A stretch of 63,588 nucleotides of DNA, filler included. It is 12 parts of 12 records of this genome, joined end to end, with 100 filler letters (N's around TTAATTAATTAA, not from the genome) between each part and the next. Parts side by side here need not be neighbours in the genome. Positions count along the whole stretch, not along the records: positions 54,924 to 58,931 come from SRR15195285_2945; positions 59,032 to 63,588 come from SRR15195285_2947; 10 more parts are not named here. The stretch is one strand, 5' to 3'. The notes below the pieces were generated by a model. It worked only from the letters and a program-made list of their open reading frames with translations. It was not told the origin of the DNA and did no database searches. The first letter of the stretch is position 1; each line of letters starts with the position of its first letter. Positions 54,958 to 63,588 of this stretch are shown here, piece after piece. The position numbers and the translations under genes are program-made.

Positions 54958-57339
54958 ATGGTCGCTGGCCGTATGATGCTGGTGGTGGTCGCCCATGGAT
55001 TAGGTACGGTTACGAGGGCAGGTGACGGGTCATGCACCGCATACCAGCTTGCTTATACTGGCTGCGATTCGCCGCCTAATGTACTGCAGTGCGCCCGCAT
55101 TGCCGAAGTGCACAACTCAACGCAACGATCAGCACCACCGTACGGCAAACGATTCATGTACGACACTGGGAATCGAACCATCAGCAGACTGTACGCATCG
55201 GACGTGGACGAGTGTGCGTTCCAGTGTCTGCTGGAGCCAGCTTGCCGTGGATTCACGTTGGTGGACAACAGCAGTTGCTTCACTGTAAACGATGTTGAGA
55301 GATCCGTCAGCACCACCATGGCATCGATGAGCTATGTCCTCACTCGCCGCGAGGGCTGCAGGCCTGACTGCGGGAGCGGCGATGGTATGGCCCTGCAGGC
55401 TACCACAAGCTCGCAGCGGCCTATTGCGGCCGGAGGCGGTCTGCGCCAGTGTCAACAGCACTGCGACATTGCTGAAGCTGCAGAGCCCGGCAGCTGTGCT
55501 GGAGTGGTATACGAACCGGGCGTGCGACGAAGGCCATGTACGAAGGAACCGTGCATTACCGAGATCCTCTCCGGCCCACGATGCTCGCTAGTGAATGGCA
55601 GTGCCGTTTGGACTACTGTCAGCGTCTTGACGTCGCAGCAGAGCTTTTTGCGCAGAGCTGCTCGTGGCACCCCGACGCTAGCAACATGGGTTGTGGACTC
55701 CTCCCTTCACGTGTTTGAGGCAGCTAGACCGTCTCAGACTCTGTTCTGTCCTCCAAGGCATGACATCAGCTGGGCTGCAGTGGCGGGTACATTCATATCA
55801 TCACAGCTGGCCTTGCTCAGCACTTACAGTTCCGCGACAGCCACTTTCACCGTATCGAACCTTACGTCGTCATTGTCAACAGGGGCACACCTCGCATCGT
55901 CTACGATCGAGCTTGCACAGGTTGGCCTCATCAATGTGGAGACCAGCCCTGGTTATGAAGGCGAACTGGGTGGCAAGTTTGGCTGGTATCCAGACTTACT
56001 ACAGCCGCTTGGTCAGGGATACCCGAGCTCAATTGAGTTAACGCCCAACAACACACGTGCCTTACACATAGGCATTACTGTTCCATCTAGGGCCCCTCCA
56101 GGAGAGTACCACGGATCGCTAATCGTACAAGTGCACAGTGCGACGGACGAAAACATGGTTGTGACGCAACTTGTGAGAATAAAATTGACTGTATGGCCCA
56201 TTAGTGGTGAGTGCGTTGCTAAGCACGTTCGAAGATTTGGTGCAGCGTACGGCTTTGATCATCCTGCAGTGGACTTGATCTGGCCGGGCCGATCCACAGA
56301 AATGCACCGCAGAATTCAAGACTTTACAGCACGGCGTCATATTTCTTCAAACTCGTTGTTGATGCAGGATGGCATTAATGTCACTCTTCCAACCGTGGCC
56401 TCAGTTTTACGGGTACAAGATATGTTCGTCGCAGACGCCATGTATCTGTCCAACATCGATGCGAAGTATCTTGGAAAGAAGCCAAACAAAACGTGGATAG
56501 ATGAACAGCTCGAGCAGGTCGACGAACGAATGGAGCGCATTAAGTCGTGGGGTCTCGAGAATCAGTCGGTGATATATGGTCCAGACGAACTTGAACTCGG
56601 CACAGCACCTGGCATCCGTCTACTCTTCGATATGGTAAAGCAGCGTTGGCCACAGACGCAGCGCATGGCCGTGATCGACTGGGCTGCAGAGCGAGTGCTC
56701 TCATCGGTTGACATTCTGGTCGTTCAGTATCAACTGTTGGATCGAGGACCGATTGCAGCGTCGCGCGATGCATATGAGTCTGCAGGCAAGCGCGTCTGGG
56801 GTTACCACTGTGTATCTCCAGCTCAGAATAATTTCCTCAACAGTTTCATCGATGTTCCAGTGATGAAGTCGAGATTAATACCGTGGTTTGCCGCCCAGTA
56901 CAACCTTAGTGGATGGCTCTACTGGTTTACAAATTTCGGATGGCGGCATTCACCCTCAGCGCACAATAGTGCTGGCAAATTTGTCCCGCTACGCATACTG
57001 GACCAACGCACTGGCCGATCGAACTATGATGCACATGCTTACCGTGGCGGCGGGTGGACAAACTCAGACGGCAACCTACTCTATCCTGGCGTCCACGGCC
57101 CGCTGTCATCAATCCGTCTCGAAGCTTACAGGCGAGGATTAGAGGACCGGGCGTTGATGATGTTGCTAACATCGAAGCAGCGCACCGAACTATCTCGGCG
57201 CCTCGTGCGTAGTGCTTCAAATTGGAGCATCGACGAGGTTCTCATGGAACAAACGAGGCGGGATGCGGCGGCGCTGATCGGATCGAGAATGTGTGCGTCA
57301 CGAGACAGTGCGCATGCGAGCACAACAGCAGAGTGGTGA
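54958..57339 (+). CDS. Secreted GH123/DUF4091-like glycoside hydrolase with two N-terminal PAN/apple-like modules
   Basis: 'GWYPDLLQP', 'VPSRAPPGEYHGSL', catalytic-like 'YGPDE', 'VWGYHCVSP', 'GWLYWFTN', 'DGNLLYPG..GPLSSIRLEAYRRGLEDRAL'; apple-like 'DECAFQCLLEPACRGF'. Confidence 0.8.
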   Translation: MVAGRMMLVVVAHGLGTVTRAGDGSCTAYQLAYTGCDSPPNVLQCARIAEVHNSTQRSAPPYGKRFMYDTGNRTISRLYASDVDECAFQCLLEPACRGFTLVDNSSCFTVNDVERSVSTTMASMSYVLTRREGCRPDCGSGDGMALQATTSSQRPIAAGGGLRQCQQHCDIAEAAEPGSCAGVVYEPGVRRRPCTKEPCITEILSGPRCSLVNGSAVWTTVSVLTSQQSFLRRAARGTPTLATWVVDSSLHVFEAARPSQTLFCPPRHDISWAAVAGTFISSQLALLSTYSSATATFTVSNLTSSLSTGAHLASSTIELAQVGLINVETSPGYEGELGGKFGWYPDLLQPLGQGYPSSIELTPNNTRALHIGITVPSRAPPGEYHGSLIVQVHSATDENMVVTQLVRIKLTVWPISGECVAKHVRRFGAAYGFDHPAVDLIWPGRSTEMHRRIQDFTARRHISSNSLLMQDGINVTLPTVASVLRVQDMFVADAMYLSNIDAKYLGKKPNKTWIDEQLEQVDERMERIKSWGLENQSVIYGPDELELGTAPGIRLLFDMVKQRWPQTQRMAVIDWAAERVLSSVDILVVQYQLLDRGPIAASRDAYESAGKRVWGYHCVSPAQNNFLNSFIDVPVMKSRLIPWFAAQYNLSGWLYWFTNFGWRHSPSAHNSAGKFVPLRILDQRTGRSNYDAHAYRGGGWTNSDGNLLYPGVHGPLSSIRLEAYRRGLEDRALMMLLTSKQRTELSRRLVRSASNWSIDEVLMEQTRRDAAALIGSRMCASRDSAHASTTAEW

Positions 57340-57604
57340 TGCACAGCAAGGTTCAGGTATCCTCTCCAATGGCATGCTGACTAGGCAACACCATGTACTG
57401 TAGGCTACCAAACTTATTCTGAACGCTTCTAACTATCTGACTCTGTCGCTAAGCTACTCAGTATCGTTGCCAGTCCTGAGGTTTACCACGAAATGCCCGT
57501 AGGAAACTAGGAATCTACTCCTATGCCTACCTCACCTACACCGAGACCAAAGCGCAGCAAGACCGCAAATCTGTTGTAGGTGCACATTCGACTCCAATCT
57601 TTTA

Positions 57605-58931
57605 TCATCCGTAGATACACTGAGAGACACGTTCCAGAAACTCTCCCGCTGGTTGGCGTACCAGCGCATGGCAGTATATGTCGTATTTTGTGTTGTCGAA
57701 GTTGATCATGGCGACCGGCACATCTTGCAACAACGCAATGCCTGGTAGCATATTTGCTGGCTCGACTATCAGAGTGCTACCCACCACCAACAGCAAGTCG
57801 GCCTCGGCCACTGCATCACGTGCTGCTTGCAGCTCTTCAGCCGGCATCGGCTGACCAAACATCACAGTTTCAGTGCGCAAAGGAGCGTTGCAGTTTGGGC
57901 ACGTTGGTACAGGATCTGAGGCAAAGAATTTAGAACGTTGCGCCTCTTCGTAAGGGCAGCGATACTTGCATGTACCGTCGCGGAAAGGCAGAGGGTTCAG
58001 TCGCGTGAGATGGTCGCTGCAGACCAGACCACGCATGTTCCCGTGCAATTCGATAACTTTGTTGTTCGGCACTCCACCGGCCTGGTGCAGCGAGTCGATG
58101 TTCTGCGTGATCACGCGGTGTAGCTGTCCAGATTCGTGTAGCTGCCCCAGAAAGTTATGCGCCGAATTCGGCATTGCCGCCTCAAATTTGGGCAAGAGTG
58201 AGTGCTTGAGCGCCCACCAGTACTCCCGCACCGTCGGATCGGCCGCGTTGAAGCCTTGCACAGTCATCTTGTTCGCATCAAACTGGCCCCAGATTGAATC
58301 GCTGTCGGCACCTGGTGGCGCACGAAATGGCGGGATGCCACTCTCGACCGAGATTCCAGCACCCGTTAGGACTACTACTCGTCGCTTGCTGCGAAACAGA
58401 TCAGCAAACTTTTGGACTTTTGCATTATCATGCTGTACCTCGGTCGGTACTGCCCGCAAGACAGTGTGCTCCAAGCCTAGCGAGCTGACATCCTGCCATG
58501 TGCGCTTGCGGCGGCAAACAGCGATAACAGGTTCGCCGACTGCATTGCCTTCCTCATCATACACGCCGCTCAAGCCAGATGGATCGCTCACAATTAGTTC
58601 ACATGCGGGTCCGGTACCCTTGACATCTGTCGCTGAAGTGCTGACACCGTTCAGCGCTTCAGCGACACGACGTAGAAACTGGTCGAATAGCGGCTGGACA
58701 TGCGCCGGATACGCCGAGCGCACGTTTTCCACCGAGTTTGCTGCCTTCTCTACGAGCTGGCGCACGCTGCCACGGAACCCGGCACTTGCGAATCCCTCCT
58801 GGCGCACACCAAGCCCGGGGATCTCCCAGCTCGCTGCTTCGGCCATGACCAGATCCAAGTTCAGCGGAGACTCAGCCGCGGAGATATTTAGGGTGATGTC
58901 AATGGCAGTGGTAGGCACCTTTCCACCTTGC
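57605..58931 (-). CDS. NAD-dependent deacylase (Sir2 family) fused to an N-terminal ZPR1-like domain; 5'-truncated
   Basis: Sirtuin motifs 'VVLTGAGISVESGIPPFR', 'ITQNIDSLHQ', 'IELHG', 'CPNC..LR..VMFG', 'VVGSTLIVEPA', 'IN'. Upstream ZPR1-like 'WEIPGLG..GSVRQLV..ELIVSDPSGLS'. Confidence 0.88.
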
Positions 58932-59532
58932 NNNNNNNNNNNNNNNNNNNNNNNNNNNNNNNNNNNNNNNNNNNNTTAATTAATTAANNNNNNNNNNNNN
59001 NNNNNNNNNNNNNNNNNNNNNNNNNNNNNNNGGCGGCGCGGGAAGCAGCGAGCGAGCGGGCGCCGCGACGGCGCGGGCTGTCGCCGGTGCGCAGCGTTTC
59101 ACAGCGCTGCTCCTCTATCGAGTATGCCTTGGAGAAACGCGTTAGAGCTGCACAGCGGAAGCTAGAGCTGATTTCGGAGAATTTCATCTCTCAACAGCGC
59201 TAGCGATCGCCATAATTGTTCTCTAGCTGTGCATCCGTTGTGCGAGCAGGTCGCTCCATCGGAAGGCGTGAGTGGTGCGTTGGCAGGCGATCCCTGCACC
59301 AGCCATCACGCACATTCAGTGTCACGGCACCGGCAACTCTGTGCAAATGATGTGTTCTGGGTCAGCCTCATCGGGCGACACACGCGATACAGCAACTCGC
59401 CATACGGTCGGTGTGCCGCGGATCTGAACATCTGCAGTCGTCTGTCCCGTCAACTGCTGGTTGGTGACCGTGCACACCTGCGTGTAGAACCAAGAGTTGG
59501 CTGGACGGTCGACTGGAGGAGCTCCAGGGACG

Positions 59533-61863
59533 ATGCGTGCGGCCGTTGCTGGTGTTCGGCGGCGGCAGTGCTCTCCAGGGGCAACGGCACTGCCAGTGTC
59601 GAGGCGGCTGCACGACTCTGCCATGGCTGCTCTATGTGGTCGCAGCCCGAGCGTGCTTGTTGGCAGTGCCTATGCGAGGAGACAGAGGCACTGTTCGCAA
59701 AGTCTCACCACTGCTCCCACTGGCACGCCCGACTCGCCTGGGGCGCCTGGAGGTTCTGCGGCTCCGACGCTCGACATAAACTTGCGCAAGCTACTGTTTA
59801 TGGTGCACCCAGATATGTTCCCAGACGGAAGTACCGAAAAGCGGGTCAACCTGGAGGCAGTCAAGAGCATCAATAGCTATATCGACACACACAAATTGTT
59901 GATTGAGGGCGATGATGACGCGCAGCTCCCGATCCCAGGGCGACAGCCCACCATGATAAAGCTGTACGTGCGCCAACAGACTGAGGCTGAAGCTGAGGCA
60001 GTGACTGCCATACTCCAAGACACAACTCAAGCACAACCACACGGATTTGAAAAGTCGATGGACAAGTTGTTCTCGCTGGTCGGGTTGCCTCAATTATACG
60101 CACAAGGTGGAACTGTGATGATGCATGCCTTCAAACCTGGTTCTGTGGGACACGAGGCTGCAAAGAGCGCAGAGGCGCTGCTCCGAGCCGCACAGCGACA
60201 AGATCGTGCAGAAAAGGATGTGGGGGCACTCACGGGCCTACTGATGCAAGTCCACCACGTTCGGGTGATCTTCCCATCGATGAGTGGCAACCCACCTGTG
60301 CCCATACTCGCGCGCGAGCAGCTGCTCATAAATCTGACCAGTCTACTCTGTGAATATGCTGCGACCGCGGATAGTACCAGCGAACACAGTGCCCACGTGC
60401 ACAACCAGTTCGAGCCGAGGCCGGGCTACGTGTACGGGATGGACGGCACGGCCCAGTACAAAGAGCGGTCCCCAGATGCCCCTCCAATTGTAGTTTACAT
60501 CTGCCTGACTGATGATGGCGTAACGCGTAAAGAAGTGAGCGGTGCAGGTGCAGGTAGCAATCCAGACTCGAACGGCAGTGTCAACAGCGACAGTGCAGAT
60601 CACAATCATCAGGAGCATGACAGTGCCTCTCAGAGCCTGACAGCTCCTGCCAACATGGCTTGGGACCCAGCGTCACGACAAGTATGGCTCGGAGTGTCGC
60701 GTGCACCACAGCGCGATGCGTCTGTTGGCGGCGTGGCTGGTGGCGTTGAAGTAGTCCATGAAGGGTGGGGGGTTGCAGTGACTGTTATCGCTGCAATGCA
60801 AGCGGAACAGCCTCTCCCACCTTCACCATATCCAGGGTGGCTTGAAATTGGGAATGCTGAGTCTCATGAACTAGGAGATCCTGATGACAGAGAAAGGCGC
60901 GCAGAAAAAGAAGCAGCGTTGGCAACAGCTTTAGGACTTGGATTCGTTACTGTGGATGCTGAGAGCGTGCCCACTGGAAAGGCAGGCACTGCTGCAATGG
61001 CGAGATATGATACCTGGTTACAAGATGCCTCAGAGCTTGCGCTATTCCGCAAGCAGATTGCAGCGAACACTGTCTCAAACATGCGGCCCGTGGCGGGACA
61101 CGAAAAAGTGCAAAAACAGCGCTCAGCATTGCAATCAGTCGGTCTGCTGGTCCAAGTCGAGGATGTTAGCGATGAAGATCCCGAGACTAGAGCAGCAGGA
61201 GCCTGCGCACAGAGCACGGATGAGCAGGGCGGACGGATGGATTCAGATCTGGAGCAGCTGTGCGACAGCGAGCAAGATGACGACGAACCACCATGGCTGC
61301 GCAATCGTCGCGTTCAACACGTCGATGAGCAATCCAAGCCAGCTAACCGTGATAACTTGGACACACAGGCTAGGGTTGGCATTGATGCTAAGCATTGCGA
61401 TGACAGAATCCAAGAGAAGGTCCACTTGAAGGGTACAGGTGGTGTGTCGATCATATCAGTTTCAGACACACTGGTGCTTCGCTGCAGCACCAGTTGCTCA
61501 CCAGATGGCCTATGGCGCTACGTCTCACGTGGAGAGGATGGCGGAAACGAGGCGGGTGCTGCTGCTGAGAAAGATCAGCTACTCGCGAAGAAAGCACTCG
61601 CTGCAATCGTTGCCACCAGGCAGTTGCTTGGGCTGGCTTCCCTCCAATGCGCCGACGGGGTTGACTGGGAAGAGGTACTGTACGCTTGCGAGCGGCTTCG
61701 AGGGAAAGCAAAACGCCTGCGACCGGTGTTGGCTGGTGTCAAGATGGAGTTGGTTGACAATAGTAGCAACAAGAACAAGAGCAATGTCGACAGTGGTGGC
61801 AGCGTGATCCCCGACTTCGAGGTGGGAGTACTTCGGGTAGACGTGGGAGCACGTGTTGCGTAG
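59533..61863 (+). CDS. Putative mitochondrial TCAIM/DUF4460-like protein
   Basis: Arg/Ser-rich presequence-like N-terminus, then 'LRKLLFMVHPDMF..EKRVNLEAVKSINSYID' (HPD motif as in DUF4460). Confidence 0.6.
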   Translation: MRAAVAGVRRRQCSPGATALPVSRRLHDSAMAALCGRSPSVLVGSAYARRQRHCSQSLTTAPTGTPDSPGAPGGSAAPTLDINLRKLLFMVHPDMFPDGSTEKRVNLEAVKSINSYIDTHKLLIEGDDDAQLPIPGRQPTMIKLYVRQQTEAEAEAVTAILQDTTQAQPHGFEKSMDKLFSLVGLPQLYAQGGTVMMHAFKPGSVGHEAAKSAEALLRAAQRQDRAEKDVGALTGLLMQVHHVRVIFPSMSGNPPVPILAREQLLINLTSLLCEYAATADSTSEHSAHVHNQFEPRPGYVYGMDGTAQYKERSPDAPPIVVYICLTDDGVTRKEVSGAGAGSNPDSNGSVNSDSADHNHQEHDSASQSLTAPANMAWDPASRQVWLGVSRAPQRDASVGGVAGGVEVVHEGWGVAVTVIAAMQAEQPLPPSPYPGWLEIGNAESHELGDPDDRERRAEKEAALATALGLGFVTVDAESVPTGKAGTAAMARYDTWLQDASELALFRKQIAANTVSNMRPVAGHEKVQKQRSALQSVGLLVQVEDVSDEDPETRAAGACAQSTDEQGGRMDSDLEQLCDSEQDDDEPPWLRNRRVQHVDEQSKPANRDNLDTQARVGIDAKHCDDRIQEKVHLKGTGGVSIISVSDTLVLRCSTSCSPDGLWRYVSRGEDGGNEAGAAAEKDQLLAKKALAAIVATRQLLGLASLQCADGVDWEEVLYACERLRGKAKRLRPVLAGVKMELVDNSSNKNKSNVDSGGSVIPDFEVGVLRVDVGARVA

Positions 61864-62396
61864 TTGTTATCGGACGGACTCTCCCACAATCAATGCAGGG
61901 ATTATAATAGGCCTAGCTACACATGCGCTTTGAGTTGACGATGGGGAGCACCTTTTCTCATAAACTCTGGCCCGAGGAGTCGCGGCAAAGAAAGGTGAAG
62001 CCCTGTACACGAACTTTGCAGCTGCATCCCTGCTGCTCCAATGCGACATTGCTCAGTGCAAAATAGCAGACACGCAGGCCCATTTGAACTCCCTTGTCAT
62101 GCGCGCATGACAACAGAAGAACGCACACTCGTCCACCTCCGCCCATACCTCCTCCACCTCCTCCGCCCCCTCTGCCCCCTCCGCCTCCGTCCCCACCCCT
62201 CCTCCTCCTCCACCTCCTCCGCCCCCGCCGCCTCCCCCGCTCCGTCCCCATGACAAATTAGATCATGAGAATCGGCCAGACATTCGAGCCCGGCACATGA
62301 TTCTGTGACACGCTGGACCGTGTTCAATCGTTTTCATCAAATGAAAATCGCGGCTGACATAGCCTTTGGGTACCTAAAATGCTCTGCAGCGTCCAC

Positions 62397-63588
62397 CTAT
62401 ACTCCCATTTTGTTTGTGGCGTAATGTTCGCTCGTTGTGAGGACAGGTGCTTGTGCTGAAAAGAAATGGCGCTTATAAGCCACCGTCTCGCTCGCAACTA
62501 TATTCGAGGGTTCTTGTAGCATCCCTTCATCTCTCTGAACAAGAAAGCAAAACGTCTCAGTTACATGGCAAAGCTGTTCTGACACAGGCTGTGATGTCGT
62601 TAAGTTCAATCAACGCAGCGAACACTCAAGGCCACGTCACACAAGCACTGGAGAACTGGGACAGCTGCATCAACTGCCGTGGGTATAGCTGCAACTTACG
62701 AGGCGAAGCATTTCTGCACGGTCGGCGTAGAAAGACTGCTGCTGCGCCAAGAACCAGGCAGGAGGCTCGTGGGGAAGAGATACCACTGCAAAATCATCGA
62801 GCCAGAAGTGTATCCTCAGTAAACGAGCCAGTTGGAAAAGCAAGCAAGCAAGCAAGGCAGAATGTAAGAGTTCATGATTCTGGACTGAGGTCGGATGGAC
62901 TAAATTCATAGCATACAGTCTAGATCAAACATCTCAATGAACTGCGCGTCAGGTTGCCGTGACTTGCCCGCCCCTGCAAAGCTACGGTACTCCTATTGCA
63001 GCTCGACCGTGCGCCAAAAAACAAGCGCGAACGTCAGCACATGGCAAGGACCGAGCGTCTTCTACGGAACGATCGCACACCTGAAGGATCGAGGTCAGGT
63101 TCCACTGCTGCAGCCTACGAAGGCAGCCTACGAGCACCCCTGTGTGGTGCAAGCCAGATGAGCAGAGCAGCAGTAGTGGGTGGCGCGTGCCGTCAAGCAA
63201 CAACTCCAGCGACTCCTTCAAGAGCTCTACACTAATGGGTTGCACAGTGTCGTCTGAAGGGCGCCACGTTTCCAGCCCGAGGTGATGGAACTCAATGGAA
63301 TTTGCCGCGAAAAACGCCCGGAGCGCACGGGTGGGTAATTCGGGCGATAAGTATAGCGCAGTGCGCAGCCCGAGCCCCTGCAAATAGTCTAAGTTGGACT
63401 CGGTGGGCACGTTGGACCGATATACTCCTGGCTCGACAATTCCAAACGCCATTGGCGGTGTGACGCGCGGTGGCTCGTCGACAGCCGCGCTGACGGAAGT
63501 CGCCGTGCTGCTTTGGGGCGTGGCGGGGGCCGAGATCACGGGCTGCGTCTGCGTCTGCGTCTGCTGCGGCTGCTGCTGCTGCTGCTGC
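62397..63588 (-). CDS. OCA/Siw14-family (Y_phosphatase2) phosphatase-like protein, likely inactive; multi-exon (first intron 62993-63080); both ends uncertain
   Basis: 'PPMAFGIVEPGVYRS', 'LGLRTALYLSPE', 'HPLLLLCSSGLHHTGVLVGCLRRLQQWNLTSILQ|EYRSFAG..QFIEMFDLD'. Confidence 0.85.

Noticed and set aside
57966-58979. Long antisense ORFs (also 9860-10648, 10198-11034, 23947-24756)
   Set aside because: Shadows of GC-rich coding sequence on the opposite strand, with no motifs.
3300-59031. Eleven regularly recurring TTAATTAATTAA palindromes flanked by Ns, superficially array-like
   Set aside because: Artificial contig linker. Gene order across spacers is meaningless, and ORFs containing X are artefacts.
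59032-59203. Open + frame at contig start (..EYALEKRVRAAQRKLELISENF..)
   Set aside because: Likely the 3' tip of a truncated gene but too short to call.
62135-62250. C-rich (CCT/CCG)n tract, possible G-quadruplex or acidic exon
   Set aside because: Simple low-complexity repeat; coding status and function unsupported.
1-63588. rRNA, tRNA, CRISPR arrays, prokaryotic defence systems, transposases
   Set aside because: None recognisable by eye; tRNAscan and Infernal were not run.

Overview
This window is not one locus. It is 12 short contigs of a compact, GC-rich, intron-containing eukaryotic genome, joined by an artificial 100-nt spacer (N44-TTAATTAATTAA-N44, stops in all six frames). Contigs: 1-3299, 3400-11427, 11528-16134, 16235-19316, 19417-24704, 24805-33117, 33218-37644, 37745-43683, 43784-47057, 47158-54823, 54924-58931, 59032-63588. 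Short GT-AG introns and the gene content suggest a heterotrophic protist SAG/MAG. The protein style recalls Picozoa, but that is an impression only. About 20 genes are supported. Secreted carbohydrate-active enzymes: GH59, GH78, GH5-like, GH123-like, a pectate-lyase-like beta-helix protein and an S1 sulfatase. Signalling and membrane proteins: EF-hand membrane protein, EGF/kringle receptor, PH/PDZ protein, R2R3 Myb, ARM-like protein, minimal IP3R/RyR-like channel, multi-cNMP protein, 9xWW protein, ZPR1-sirtuin fusion, TCAIM-like protein and an OCA-type pseudophosphatase. The top finding is at 50366-54707(-): a permuted papain-like (NlpC/P60, YiiX-type) catalytic domain split by a ~750-aa insert containing a C2 domain and a pore-less voltage-sensor-like 4-TM module. 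It is a candidate voltage-sensing thiol enzyme analogous to voltage-sensing phosphatases. All domain calls come from motif recognition by eye; no searches were run.
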